A DNA stretch of 64,000 nucleotides from Acidobacteriota bacterium. GTDB lineage: Bacteria; Acidobacteriota; Terriglobia; Terriglobales; Acidobacteriaceae. A program made the position numbers and the translations under genes. Of this stretch, positions 35,922 to 46,427 are shown in pieces. Each line of letters opens with the position of its first letter. Position 1 is the stretch's first letter. Location: positions 297 through 64,296 of the forward strand of contig JAJZVX010000018.1 of NCBI GenBank assembly GCA_021846985.1, in the 5' to 3' direction. The notes below the pieces were generated by a model. It was not told the DNA's origin. It did no database searches and saw only the letters and a list, made by a program, of their open reading frames with translations.

Positions 35922-37121
35922 CTACACATGAGGAAGGTTCAGCACCGCGCGCACCAGTTCAGACTGGCGCTTCACGCCCGTCTTGCGGAAGATCGACTTC
36001 AAATGAAACCGTGCCGTCTCCACCGTCACGTGCATCTGCGCCGCCGCGCCGGCTAGCGCCAGGCCTCCGGTCAGCAGATCTGCCAAGCGGCATTCGGCCG
36101 GCGTCAGCTTGTATAAAACACAGAGCACCGTGGAGCGCCTTGCGGTGTGCGCCTCTGGATCGGAGATGAAGGCCAGCGCCGCCGGCTGGTCCATCAGCAG
36201 CAACTCACTGGAGTGGAAGGGCGTGACCACCACGCGCAGCGGGGCGTGACCCTTGGCGCGCGAAATCTCCAGGGCCCCGCCCGCCGAGGGCGTCCACAAT
36301 GGATCGTTGCCCGCCTGAGGAGCGGTTCGCGTGCTTCGTTGCACCACAACCTCCTCGACGCGGCCCGCGCCCGTGGCCACCGCACCGGCAATCGTCTCCC
36401 GCAGCTTCGCCTGCTCGCCCGGCAACTGCGCCCGCAGAAAATCGCCGTCCATCGCCAGGCCGTCCCGCCGCTCCAGAATGGCCTGCGCCGTCGTGCTCGT
36501 CCGCACCACGCGGCCCGTGTAATCCAGGCTCACCACCGCCATGTCCAGCGCTTCCACCGAGTGCTGAAGCTCCGCATTCCGGGTGCGCGCCTGAGCCAGC
36601 AGGCGATGCGTATTCAACGCCTGCCGCAGATGCGGCGCCAGTAGCCCGATCAGTTCCACGGTTTCCTTGCCATAGGGCTCGTACTCCTGCGGACGCATCA
36701 AGCCAAGCCCCCCTTCGAGCCCGCCCTCGAGTCCCCCCAGCGCCACCATGCACATCGGCAGCTTGCGCTGCGGACGCGTGAATCCGTTGTACAAGTGGCT
36801 CTTCAGATAGTCCTGCCGCGGAATCACACTGAAGCGCGTCCCCGCCCATTCTCCATGCAGCCGCTTTGCCGCCACAAACCGGTTGAACACCGTGTCGTGG
36901 CGACAGAAGTACGACTGATAGAGGCGCGCCCACCAGGGATCGAATCCGTAGGTCAGATTGAAGTTACAGCGCCCGTGCGTGTCCACCAGCAGAAAATACG
37001 AGGATTCCGATTCCGTATACGCCGCCATCTCCGACAGGAAACCGGACCAGGCTCCCGTCGAGGCCGAGGCTTCATAGAGCAGGCCAAGCAATCGCGAAAC
37101 CGTCTCGGCAGAAACTTGCAT
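35922..37121 (-). CDS. LuxR-type HTH transcriptional regulator with GAF/PAS-like N-terminal region
   Basis: C-terminal LTPAECRLA...TARFHLKSIFRKTG..RQSELV; ATG 37121 chosen. Confidence 0.88.
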   Translation of the reverse strand: MQVSAETVSRLLGLLYEASASTGAWSGFLSEMAAYTESESSYFLLVDTHGRCNFNLTYGFDPWWARLYQSYFCRHDTVFNRFVAAKRLHGEWAGTRFSVIPRQDYLKSHLYNGFTRPQRKLPMCMVALGGLEGGLEGGLGLMRPQEYEPYGKETVELIGLLAPHLRQALNTHRLLAQARTRNAELQHSVEALDMAVVSLDYTGRVVRTSTTAQAILERRDGLAMDGDFLRAQLPGEQAKLRETIAGAVATGAGRVEEVVVQRSTRTAPQAGNDPLWTPSAGGALEISRAKGHAPLRVVVTPFHSSELLLMDQPAALAFISDPEAHTARRSTVLCVLYKLTPAECRLADLLTGGLALAGAAAQMHVTVETARFHLKSIFRKTGVKRQSELVRAVLNLPHV

Positions 37122-37376
37122 AGAACCCCGCCCGGAAGGGATGCGTGGTGGTTCCACAAGCCTAGCAACGGGTAGGAGCTGGCGGCAACCTTCTTTTCCT
37201 CAACCCCGCCCTTCAAATTCTCCCATTTGAGGGATAGGCAACCGCCTGTGGACAAGCCTATTCTTACTGCAATCAATCTTGCTCCTGCGAGAGCAGACTG
37301 TGTTTGTTGGCATGAATCGGATGGATCCTCATGTCGTTTCCACTTGGCGCATTCGCTGATTTGAGGCCGTAACGTA

Positions 37377-37817
37377 ATGAACACAAAGGAAATTCTCCAG
37401 TCGCTTCTCCACAAGGCGACGTTCAATGGCTTTGAGTTCCGCCCCTGGTTTCAGGCGCATGTGCGGCCTGACTGGCCGGGGACCGACCAGGCATTGACGC
37501 TCCTGGCCTCCGAGGGCCGCTACTACACGCTCATTTTTTCCCACGCGTTTGCCCGGTATTTCTGGTCATCCGGCTCGCAAATTGTCTTTTCGGTTCCCGG
37601 TTCAACGTATAGCCGGGTGAACAGCCGGGGCGAGGTGATCGAGGTTACCCGCAAGCCTTTCATGCGGCGCACCAACAAGCCGGGCGTCTGGAAGTATCAC
37701 CTGCGTCAGATGGCCGCTGCGGACGATCCCCTGGAGTACCTGCTCCGCTTCCTGCATGCGCAGGATCGCCTCAAAGCGACCGCCGCCGAGCGGCTGCACA
37801 AAACGGCCCAGGCCTGA
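37377..37817 (+). CDS. Hypothetical protein (146 aa)
   Basis: Clean ORF with typical codon usage, divergent from the LuxR gene; no family named. Confidence 0.75.
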   Translation: MNTKEILQSLLHKATFNGFEFRPWFQAHVRPDWPGTDQALTLLASEGRYYTLIFSHAFARYFWSSGSQIVFSVPGSTYSRVNSRGEVIEVTRKPFMRRTNKPGVWKYHLRQMAAADDPLEYLLRFLHAQDRLKATAAERLHKTAQA

Positions 37818-37887
37818 GCGCAGCCGTATCCTTCGCAGCATGCGGGCGCAAGTTGGCCGCGCGCCCCAGCCGTTCATCGCGCGGTTC

Positions 37888-39333
37888 CTAATTCATGCCC
37901 GTCATCACCATCATGCGCGGCTCCGTCATCTCGGCGATTGCCCAGCGGAGTCCCTCTCGGCCCAGGCCTGACTCTTTCACGCCGCCGAACGGCATGGCAT
38001 CCAGCCTCCAGGTGGGCATGTCTCCCACAATCAGCGCGCCCACTTCCAGCTCCCGGTAAGCGGTCAGGATGCGCCCGGCATCGCGCGTCAGCAGCCCGGC
38101 CTGCAATCCATAACGCGAATGGTTCACCTCGGCCAGCGCCTCTTCAAAGTCGCTATACGGCTCGACGACGACGACCGGCCCAAAGATCTCTTCGTCGCGC
38201 ACCATCATGCCGGGGCGGGTTCCAGTCAGAATGGCCGGCGCAATCACCGAGCCGTGGCGCTCGCCTCCGGCCACCAGCCGGGCGCCGCCTTCCGTCGCCT
38301 CTTTGATCCAGCTTTCGATGCGGTCCGCCTCGCCGGGACGAACCAGGGGGCCCACCTCGGTGGCTTCGCTCGCCGGGTCGCCGGCCACCAGCCGGGCCGC
38401 GGCGTCTGTCAGCTTCTTCAGAAAAGCGGGAAAGATGCCCTGCTCCACGAAGACCCGCTGCAAGCCGATGCAGGACTGTCCCGCGAAGGCAAAGGCCGCA
38501 TGCGCCGCCCGCAGCGCCGCATCGTCTAAATCCGGCCAGTCGCTGTGCACAATCAGCGCGGCGTTGCCGCCCATCTCCAGCAGCACGCGCTTGCGGCCGG
38601 AGTGCACCTTCAGCTCCCACCCCACGCGCGCCGAGCCGGTAAAACTCACCAGCTTGATGCGGTCTTCCTTCTCCGCCAGCCACGCCGTATCAGTGTTGCT
38701 GAGCGGCAGCACCGCCAGCGCTTCTTCCGGCCAGCCCGCCTTCAGAATCACCTCTCCCAGCGCCAGCGCGGTAAAGGGCGTTTGCGGAGCGGGCTTCAAA
38801 AGGATAGGGCAGCCGGCGGCCATGGCGGGCGCCACCTTGTGCGCCACCAGGTTCAGCGGAAAGTTGAAGGGCGTAATGGCAAGAACCGGACCCACTGGGA
38901 AGCGCTGCACCACTCCCCAGCGGCCCTCGTTGCCTTCGTTCAGGTCCAGCGGCAGGCTTTCGCCTCCCAGCCGCGCCGCCTCTTCCGCGGCCAGCTTGAA
39001 GGTCACAATCGCCCGGTCCACCTCACCCCGCGCCAGCCGCACCGGCTTGCCCGCCTCGGCCACAATCAACTGCGCAAACCGCTCCTTCTGCGCAATCAGC
39101 GCGCTCGCCGTGTCTTCCAGAATCTCCCGGCGCTTCCACCGGGGCAGGGCGCGAGTGCGGCGCAGGCTCGCCGCCGCATGGCTCACCGCCTGCCGCGCAT
39201 CGTTGCGCGTTGCCAGCGTAACCCGGCCCACCAGACCCTGATCCCACGGCGACCGCACCTCCAGCGCCTCGCCGTCCACCCACTCCTTGCCACATAGCAG
39301 AAATCCGGTTTGCGATCCCGGCCGCATCTTCAT
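37888..39333 (-). CDS. NAD(P)-dependent aldehyde dehydrogenase
   Basis: ITPFNFP, FTGS, LEMGGN, GQSCI, EEIFGP and PFGGVKESG. Confidence 0.95.
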   Translation of the reverse strand: MKMRPGSQTGFLLCGKEWVDGEALEVRSPWDQGLVGRVTLATRNDARQAVSHAAASLRRTRALPRWKRREILEDTASALIAQKERFAQLIVAEAGKPVRLARGEVDRAIVTFKLAAEEAARLGGESLPLDLNEGNEGRWGVVQRFPVGPVLAITPFNFPLNLVAHKVAPAMAAGCPILLKPAPQTPFTALALGEVILKAGWPEEALAVLPLSNTDTAWLAEKEDRIKLVSFTGSARVGWELKVHSGRKRVLLEMGGNAALIVHSDWPDLDDAALRAAHAAFAFAGQSCIGLQRVFVEQGIFPAFLKKLTDAAARLVAGDPASEATEVGPLVRPGEADRIESWIKEATEGGARLVAGGERHGSVIAPAILTGTRPGMMVRDEEIFGPVVVVEPYSDFEEALAEVNHSRYGLQAGLLTRDAGRILTAYRELEVGALIVGDMPTWRLDAMPFGGVKESGLGREGLRWAIAEMTEPRMMVMTGMN

Positions 39334-39401
39334 GACGTGGCGCTCCTCTTTCGCCGTTTTTCTTCATGGTACAGCCGTGGAACGGCGCGGCGCGCACGCG
39401 C

Positions 39402-41489
39402 TCAGGCCCGCACCACGAACCGCGCCCGCGTGTCCTCGCCGTACCACATGATGTAGTTGGTGCCCCAGGCGTTGTTGAAGAGGCAGGAGTGAATGCCCCG
39501 GCTCAGATCAGGCGGATCGTTGGAGAAATGAAGCGGACTGCGTTCGCCCAGCGCCACCACCGGCGCATCCAGCGGATGGACGGCGAAGCGATGCCCATCT
39601 TGCTCAAACTGGAATCCCTGCTGGACCGCGTGCATGTGCCGGTTGCCTGAAGCCACAACCTCGAAGGGCGAAATCCACTCCCCCGATTTTTCCAGCCGCC
39701 AGGCCCGCGGGTCTTCGACCATGGGATTGAACGTCAGCCAGAGCGCCTCGGGCATGCGCGTGGCGGGCTTGCCAAACCAGGACAGGGCCAACTCGATCGA
39801 CGGCTCCGCCTTGGGCAGCGACATCTCAACAAATGCGTGGCGCGGAAACGCCGCCCGGCCCGACGCAAAGGCCTCATCGTCCTTGAACTGCAATGCAATC
39901 GTGATGCGGCACCCTTCTGCGGTCTCTTCCACGCGCGCCTCGGCCGCCGCTGGCTGCCACTCTTCGCTGCGTGCTCCAAAGCGCTCGATGTTCGGCTTGC
40001 CAAAGTCCTTCTGCGCCCAGTCGGCCTTCGTAATCAGGTAAGCGCCGAGAAAACGCTGATAGTCTTTCTGCGAGAGCGTCTGGTAAGTAAGCAGCGCGAT
40101 GGGATTCTTCGCGCTCGCCCACTCGCGCCCGGTCGCCTTGTTGCGCAGCCGCGTAATGGCGCCGGTTGTGACGTCGATGCCCACTAGAAAATGCTCCGTC
40201 TCGACGGGCGTTCCCGGCGCATGGGCAACGGCCTTGGGAGAAACGACGGGCCATGCGGGGGGCAGGCCGGCAATGGCAAGCGCCGCCTCTTCGCGCAGCG
40301 CTTCCGGCAGCGTCGCGATTCCGTCCCGCAGATCCTGCCGCTTTTCAAGCCAACTGAACTCGACCACCTTATAGCGCTTTGTCTCCAGCATGCGCGCCAG
40401 GTCGGCGGGGGTGTAGTGGTCGAAGTCGAGCCAGGTCTTGGTGTCGGTTCCCCAGGTGTGCTCGGGCTCCAGCAGCAGGCGGCGCAGCAGTTGCAGATCG
40501 GTGGCATCGCCCACTTGCATGGCCCCTTTGGCAATCCACTCCGTGCGCAGGCGGGCGATGGCGCGGTAGCGCGCCACCTTGAGCGGATCACTGGCGCAGC
40601 CGTAGATCCAGGTGTCGCCCATCTCCCCGGTCACCACCGGCAAGTTGGCGCGATAGGGCGCCAGCGCATTCGCCATCTCGGTCAGGCTGGCCGCGCGAAT
40701 CTCGGCATGAGGGAACTGCGCGGCCAGCCGCGCGTGAATCTGCTCGATCTCCTCGGCCGTATGCGGACCGCTATTGTCGCCGCGCACTTCGGTGGCCAGC
40801 GCCAGATCGGAACCGGGAACGCGCGCCACGCTGCCGTACTCGTGGTGGTACATCGTGGCCAGGCTGGCTCCCGACGGGTCTTTCCAAAGAAAGATCGGTG
40901 GCAGCTCCGCGGGCGTGGAGCCGCCGTTCACGCCAATCTCCAGAAACGTGACGCCATTCTTCGCCAGCGGCGGAACGATGCCGCGCGTGTGCCCCGGCAC
41001 ATCGGTCATTTTGGCGCCGGTGGTTGCCGTGCCGAACCGCCGGTCGAGCGAGCGGGAAAGCGCAAGACTGCCCTCGATCATCGAGGGGTCGAGCATCTCG
41101 GTCTGCCAGGTAAAGGGCAACGCGTGCCACGCAATGTCACCGCGGCGAATGGCGTCCTCGATCGTCTTGCGATCAGCAGACGAGGCCTGATCGAGATACT
41201 CGAACAGCAGCCACGAGCCGGTGGTCCACACGTAGCGCCGCTTGCCGCCCGCGTTGGCCGCCCGCGCAATTTCGATGGCTTCGGGGAAGAACTTCTCAAA
41301 GTATCGTTTGTGGACGACGTTGTACTGGGTGTCGATGAAACCGGCATCGAAGTGGCACTTGAACATCACCAGCACGCGCTTGACGGCCGTGTCGGGCGGC
41401 GCGGCCTGCGCCAGCAAGGGCCAGGGCCTCGGCAACAGCAAGCCCGTTCCCACAGCGGTCATCGACTTCACAAAATGGCGGCGCTTCAT
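39402..41489 (-). CDS. Tat-exported DUF5054/GH38-like glycoside hydrolase
   Basis: MKRRHFVK Tat signal; FKCHFDAGF, TDVPGHT, EHTWG and NNAWGTNY. Confidence 0.75.
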   Translation of the reverse strand: MKRRHFVKSMTAVGTGLLLPRPWPLLAQAAPPDTAVKRVLVMFKCHFDAGFIDTQYNVVHKRYFEKFFPEAIEIARAANAGGKRRYVWTTGSWLLFEYLDQASSADRKTIEDAIRRGDIAWHALPFTWQTEMLDPSMIEGSLALSRSLDRRFGTATTGAKMTDVPGHTRGIVPPLAKNGVTFLEIGVNGGSTPAELPPIFLWKDPSGASLATMYHHEYGSVARVPGSDLALATEVRGDNSGPHTAEEIEQIHARLAAQFPHAEIRAASLTEMANALAPYRANLPVVTGEMGDTWIYGCASDPLKVARYRAIARLRTEWIAKGAMQVGDATDLQLLRRLLLEPEHTWGTDTKTWLDFDHYTPADLARMLETKRYKVVEFSWLEKRQDLRDGIATLPEALREEAALAIAGLPPAWPVVSPKAVAHAPGTPVETEHFLVGIDVTTGAITRLRNKATGREWASAKNPIALLTYQTLSQKDYQRFLGAYLITKADWAQKDFGKPNIERFGARSEEWQPAAAEARVEETAEGCRITIALQFKDDEAFASGRAAFPRHAFVEMSLPKAEPSIELALSWFGKPATRMPEALWLTFNPMVEDPRAWRLEKSGEWISPFEVVASGNRHMHAVQQGFQFEQDGHRFAVHPLDAPVVALGERSPLHFSNDPPDLSRGIHSCLFNNAWGTNYIMWYGEDTRARFVVRA

Positions 41490-41572
41490 GGCAAAAATCC
41501 TCCCGGGAGCGAATCGGACCGAAGTGTATCACCGGCGGCGGGGCCGCGCATGGTCTGCGATACACTCGTTCC

Positions 41573-42277
41573 ATGATGCACGACGGCCGCAGCCGCAAAC
41601 TGCCCTTCGATCCCGCTGTGGCCCTCGCCCACCTGCGCGCCGCCGACCCCAAGCTCGCCGCGCTCATCGACCGCGCCGGCCCTTTCACCCTTCGTCTCGA
41701 CCCTTCGCCCTCGCCCTTCGAGTCTCTGCTCGAATCCATCCTCTATCAGCAGCTCCACGGTAAAGCCGCCGCCACCATCCACGCCCGCGTCCGCGCCTAC
41801 TTCGGTGGCGACCCCACGCCGCAACTCCTCCTCGACACCCTCGACGAGCCCCTTCGTGCCTGCGGAGTCTCCGGCAACAAGATCAGAGCTCTCCGCGACC
41901 TGGCCGCCAAGACTCTCGACGGCACGGTTCCTTCCCACGCCGCCATCAAAAAGATGTCCGACGCCGAAATCATCGAGCATCTCACCCAGGTGCGCGGCAT
42001 TGGCCCCTGGACCGTCGAAATGCTCCTCATCTTCCGCCTCGGCCGTCCCGACGTCCTCCCCGTCACCGACTACGGCGTCCGCAAGGGCTTCGCACTCACC
42101 TTCCAGCGCATTCCTAAAACCCGCGCTCTCGAAGCCGCCGGCCTACCCAAGCCGGAAGTCCTTCTCAAAAGAGGAAAACGTTGGGCGCCCTTCCGTTCCG
42201 TGGCTTCGTGGTACCTCTGGCGCGCCTGCGACCTGGCCAGGAACAAGCCCCCCACCGGCCGGTCCAGCCTACAATAA
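41573..42277 (+). CDS. DNA-3-methyladenine glycosylase II (AlkA family)
   Basis: ILYQQL, HhH motif LTQVRGIGPWT, LPVTD and WAPFRS. Confidence 0.92.
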   Translation: MMHDGRSRKLPFDPAVALAHLRAADPKLAALIDRAGPFTLRLDPSPSPFESLLESILYQQLHGKAAATIHARVRAYFGGDPTPQLLLDTLDEPLRACGVSGNKIRALRDLAAKTLDGTVPSHAAIKKMSDAEIIEHLTQVRGIGPWTVEMLLIFRLGRPDVLPVTDYGVRKGFALTFQRIPKTRALEAAGLPKPEVLLKRGKRWAPFRSVASWYLWRACDLARNKPPTGRSSLQ

Positions 42278-42316
42278 TCAGGATGGCGGTTTGATCGGAG
42301 CCGCGTCCAACAGCTC

Positions 42317-44797
42317 ATGGCCACCGGCAAGCGTTTCGTCTGCATTCACGGTCACTTCTATCAGCCCCCGCGCGAGAACCCGTGGCTGGAAACAGTCGAG
42401 ACGCAGGACGGCGCGGCCCCCTATCACGACTGGAACGAGCGCGTCTGCGCCGAGTGCTACGCCACCAACGGCGCCGCGCGGATCGTCAACGACAAGAATC
42501 TCATCACCCGCATCGTCAACAATTACGCCCGCATCAGCTTCAATTTCGGCCCCACGCTGCTGAGCTGGCTGCGCGAGAACGCGCCGCGCACCTATCGCAT
42601 GATCCTCGACGGCGAAGCGCGCAGCCGGCGTACCTTCAATGGGCACAGCTCGGCCATGGCGCAGGTCTATAACCACGTCATTCTGCCCCTCGCCAGCCGC
42701 CGCGACCGCCTCACGCAAATTCGCTGGGGCATCGCCGACTACGAATACCACTACGGCGCGCCGCCCGAGGGCATGTGGCTGCCGGAAACCGCCGTCGACA
42801 CCGAATCGCTCCAACTGCTTGCGCAGCATGGCATCAAGTTCACGGTTCTCGCTCCGCATCAGTGCAAGCGCGTCCGTCCGCTCCAAGACGATGCTGCGTG
42901 GACGATCACGCCGCAGGCCTCCGTCGACACCACCCGTCCTTATCTCGTCCGCTTTGCCTCCGGCCTCTCCATCGCCGTCTTTTTCTACGACGGCCCCGCC
43001 TCCCGGGCGATTGCCTTTGAAGGACTGCTCAACAGCGGCGAAAGCTTTGCCGCGCGGCTCAAGGCCGGTTTCAAGGACACTCCCCAGCCACAGCTCGTCC
43101 ACGTGGCCACCGACGGCGAATCCTACGGCCACCACCACAAGTACGGCGACATGGCACTGGCCTACACGCTGCGCCTGCTCGAGCAGGACAAGACCGTCCG
43201 GCTCACGAACTATGCCAGCTTTCTGGAGCAGTTTCCGCCGGAGTACGAATGCGAGATTGTGGACAACACCTCATGGAGCTGCATGCACGGCATTGAGCGC
43301 TGGCGCTCCGATTGCGGTTGCAACGGCGGCCACCCCGGCTGGAACCAGGCTTGGCGCGCGCCCCTGCGCCAGGCCCTCGACGAGCTCCGCGACGCCGTCG
43401 CGCCCCTCACCGAGCAGGAAGGCGCCCGGCTCTTTCGCGACGTCTGGGCCGCCCGCGACGCCTATATCCACGTTGTCCTCGACCGCAGCGAAGAAGTGGC
43501 AGACGCCTTCCTCCGCGAGCATCAAGCCCATTTGCTCACAGCCGATGAATCGGTTCGCGCCCGGCAGCTCATGGAGTTGCAGCGCCATGCCCAGCTCATG
43601 TACACCAGTTGCGGCTGGTTCTTCGACGATATCTCCGGCATTGAAACCGTCCAGATTATCGCCTATGCCGCTCGCGTTCTCCAGTTGGCCCGCGAGCTCT
43701 TCGGCGAGCAGGCCGCCGCGCTCGAGCCCGCTTTTCTCGGCCGGCTCGCCGAAGCCCGCTCCAACGTGGCCAAAGCCGGCGACGGCGCCCGCATCTACAA
43801 GGAGCAGATCGTCCGCCTTGCCCTGGGCCTGGAACAGGTGGCCGCCCACTACGCCATCAGCAGCGTATTCTCATCCTTCGGCGAGGAAACTGAGCTCTTC
43901 TGCTATCACGTCCGCCGCCTCGCTTACGACATCTACACCTCCGGCCGCGGCCGCCTCGCCCTCGGCCGCGCCCACGTGGCCAGCACCATCACCGGTAAGC
44001 AGCAAACCTTTTCCTTTGCCGTTCTGCACTTTGGCGACCAGAACATCACCGCCGCCGTCAAGCCCTTCGACGAGGCCGCCACCGCCGCTTTCCATGTCTT
44101 CGCCGCCCAGGCCGCCGAGCGCGTGCAGCGCGCCGACTTCCCCGAGGTCATCCGCCTCCTCGACGGCTACTACGGCCGCGCCGGCTACTCGCTCACTTCT
44201 CTGTTCACCGACGAGCAACGCCGCATCGTGCAGTTGATCCTCAACTCCACCCTCTGGGATATCGAAAACTCTCTCACCACCATCTACGAGGATCACGCCA
44301 GCCTGCTCCACTATCTCTCGCAGGCCGGCCTGCCCAAGCCGCCCGCGCTCTCCCTCGCGGCGGGCTTTGCCATCAATGCCGGTCTGCGCCGCGCCCTTGA
44401 TGCCGAGCCCATTGACCAGGCGCAAGTGCGCTCCTTCCTTTCCCTCGCCAAAGCCGATCAGGTTCCGCTGGAGTCGGCCACGCTCTCCTACATTGCCGAC
44501 CAGCGTATGAAGCGCGCCATGCTGGAGCTGCAAATGTCAGCCGGCTCGCTCGAATTACTCGACCGTGCCCTGGCCCTCAGCCGTACCCTTGTCGAGCTGC
44601 CCTTCGAGCTCAACCTCTGGCAGGCGCAGAACGTCTGGTATGAGATCCTGCGCACCTCCGGCTACGCGCTCACCGGCCTCGCTCCGGAAGACCGACCCCG
44701 CTGGGACAAGGGCTTCTGCGAACTGGGCGCCTGCCTCTTCATTGACTGCCCCTCCATCCGCGCGCAGGACCCCACCGCCGCCACCACCGGCGATTGA
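42317..44797 (+). CDS. GH57 family glycoside hydrolase with DUF3536 domain
   Basis: HGHFYQPPRENPW, GMWLPE, ATDGESYGHH and MYTSCGWFFD. Confidence 0.9.
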   Translation: MATGKRFVCIHGHFYQPPRENPWLETVETQDGAAPYHDWNERVCAECYATNGAARIVNDKNLITRIVNNYARISFNFGPTLLSWLRENAPRTYRMILDGEARSRRTFNGHSSAMAQVYNHVILPLASRRDRLTQIRWGIADYEYHYGAPPEGMWLPETAVDTESLQLLAQHGIKFTVLAPHQCKRVRPLQDDAAWTITPQASVDTTRPYLVRFASGLSIAVFFYDGPASRAIAFEGLLNSGESFAARLKAGFKDTPQPQLVHVATDGESYGHHHKYGDMALAYTLRLLEQDKTVRLTNYASFLEQFPPEYECEIVDNTSWSCMHGIERWRSDCGCNGGHPGWNQAWRAPLRQALDELRDAVAPLTEQEGARLFRDVWAARDAYIHVVLDRSEEVADAFLREHQAHLLTADESVRARQLMELQRHAQLMYTSCGWFFDDISGIETVQIIAYAARVLQLARELFGEQAAALEPAFLGRLAEARSNVAKAGDGARIYKEQIVRLALGLEQVAAHYAISSVFSSFGEETELFCYHVRRLAYDIYTSGRGRLALGRAHVASTITGKQQTFSFAVLHFGDQNITAAVKPFDEAATAAFHVFAAQAAERVQRADFPEVIRLLDGYYGRAGYSLTSLFTDEQRRIVQLILNSTLWDIENSLTTIYEDHASLLHYLSQAGLPKPPALSLAAGFAINAGLRRALDAEPIDQAQVRSFLSLAKADQVPLESATLSYIADQRMKRAMLELQMSAGSLELLDRALALSRTLVELPFELNLWQAQNVWYEILRTSGYALTGLAPEDRPRWDKGFCELGACLFIDCPSIRAQDPTAATTGD

Positions 44798-44859
44798 GAT
44801 GCCTCCAAATCCGTCCGTGGCTTGAAACCGCGCGGCCGCCAAAAAATCGAATCGAAGCG

Positions 44860-44982
44860 CTGTTTTGAAGGGAACGGCCTTAGCTTGAAGAGTATGGGCT
44901 TAAGCCCGCACGCCAAGTCCAGCAACTCGAATCGGGCCTTCAGGCCCCGAGGGATCCATCTCTGAGTTTCTCGCAGGCTGTA
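44860..44982. repeat. Degenerate REP-like intergenic palindromic unit
   Basis: Perfect palindrome GGGCTTAAGCCC (44896-44907), GGGCC-ttca-GGCCC hairpin, and TTCTCGCAGGCTGT matching 56244-56258 in reverse. Confidence 0.45.
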
Positions 44983-45021
44983 TCTTCCCGTCCTGCGAAA
45001 ATCGCCGCCCAGCCCGGCCCT

Positions 45022-46224
45022 TCAGCCGCGTTCTGTCATCTCCGGGTGGCCTGCGCGCAACAGCTTTCCGTCCTTCAGCACAAACCGCTCCCCGCGCCAC
45101 ACAATCTCGTGCCCGGCAAAGCCCGCCACCCACACGCCCATGTGCACCACGTCGCGCAGCGGCAGCAGCCACAGGCTGGGTAGCACCTGGTGATCGCCCA
45201 GCACCTTGGCCCCTACCGTCATGGCCAGCGCCAGCCGCAAAAAGAAGCTCAGCCCCAGCAGCCACACGCTCAGCGGACTGGCCCCGCTGGCCAGCACATT
45301 GAGCAGTGCCCAGCAGAACCCGTGCGTGAACACCAGGCCCGCGTAGCCCTTGGGGCTGGCGTCGCGCACCGTGCGCGCCCAACGCAACTGGTGATCGGCA
45401 AAGCCGCGCCAGCGGTAAGCCGGCACGCTGGTCTCCACCACTTCCGGCGCCAGCGCCACGCGGTAACCCGCCCCGCAGACGCGCACGCCCAGTTCGTTGT
45501 CGTCGGCCAGGTGGTTCACCATGGGCAGGAATCCGCCCATCCGGTCGAGGGCCTCGCGGCTCACGACCAGCGTGGAACCCAGCCCGTAGCCCAGCCCGCC
45601 TTCGATCATCCGCGACAGCAGCACCCCGGCCAGAAAATCCGTGGCAATGCCCAGCGCCTCAAGCCGCGAGCCCAGGGTGCCGTGCGCCCGTCCGCGATAG
45701 AGCGCCGTGACCAGCCCCACCGGCTTCTGCCCCGGCTGCCGTTCGGCAAAGCAGGCCATCACCCGCTCGAGGTAGCGCGGGCCCACGGTGATGTCCGAGT
45801 CGTTCACCAGCAGATAGCCGTAGCGCGCCTGCGGCGCCAGTTGCGCCAGCGTGCTGACTTTGCCGTTGGTCCCCAGCCGCTCCGGGCACTCCATAAGCCG
45901 GATCGCCCGCTCCGGAAACTCGGTCTGGAGCTGACGCACCGCTGCGGCCGCCGGATCGTCGCGCGACGAGACGCCGAACAGCAGCTCGAACTCGCCCGCA
46001 TAATCCTGCCGACAGTGGCTCCGAAAGGCATCCAGCATTCCCGGGTCCAGCCCTTTGAGCGACTTGAGAAGGCTGACCCCTGGCGCAAACGGGGTCTGTG
46101 GCGTGCGCCGGATGCGAACAAAGACTCGCGCCGCCACCAGAGCGGCCACAAAGTAGCCCATCCCGGCCAGCGTCAGAACTGTCGTAAACCCTTCTATTCC
46201 AAGCGCAAGGATGTGCGGCATCAT
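45022..46224 (-). CDS. hpnI: Hopanoid biosynthesis-associated glycosyltransferase (GT21, ceramide glucosyltransferase-like)
   Basis: SLLKSLKG, GTNGKV, NDSDI, LADD and HQLRWART. Confidence 0.85.
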   Translation of the reverse strand: MMPHILALGIEGFTTVLTLAGMGYFVAALVAARVFVRIRRTPQTPFAPGVSLLKSLKGLDPGMLDAFRSHCRQDYAGEFELLFGVSSRDDPAAAAVRQLQTEFPERAIRLMECPERLGTNGKVSTLAQLAPQARYGYLLVNDSDITVGPRYLERVMACFAERQPGQKPVGLVTALYRGRAHGTLGSRLEALGIATDFLAGVLLSRMIEGGLGYGLGSTLVVSREALDRMGGFLPMVNHLADDNELGVRVCGAGYRVALAPEVVETSVPAYRWRGFADHQLRWARTVRDASPKGYAGLVFTHGFCWALLNVLASGASPLSVWLLGLSFFLRLALAMTVGAKVLGDHQVLPSLWLLPLRDVVHMGVWVAGFAGHEIVWRGERFVLKDGKLLRAGHPEMTERG

Positions 46225-46427
46225 GGCCTAAGTGTAGCGGAACAGAGGGAGCAGGGATGAGGCACACGCTCATTCTCGGAAGGCCGGCCTTCGTTCCAAA
46301 ACTTGGTGTGGCGCCCGGAGATTGCATCTGCATCCCCTTGTTCGAAAGTCGAAGCCGGGCTTTTCGTCCGCAGGCGAGCTCTCTTCGCGTCACAGTGGCC
46401 GTACATTCCTAAGCCCTAACCCCCGCT

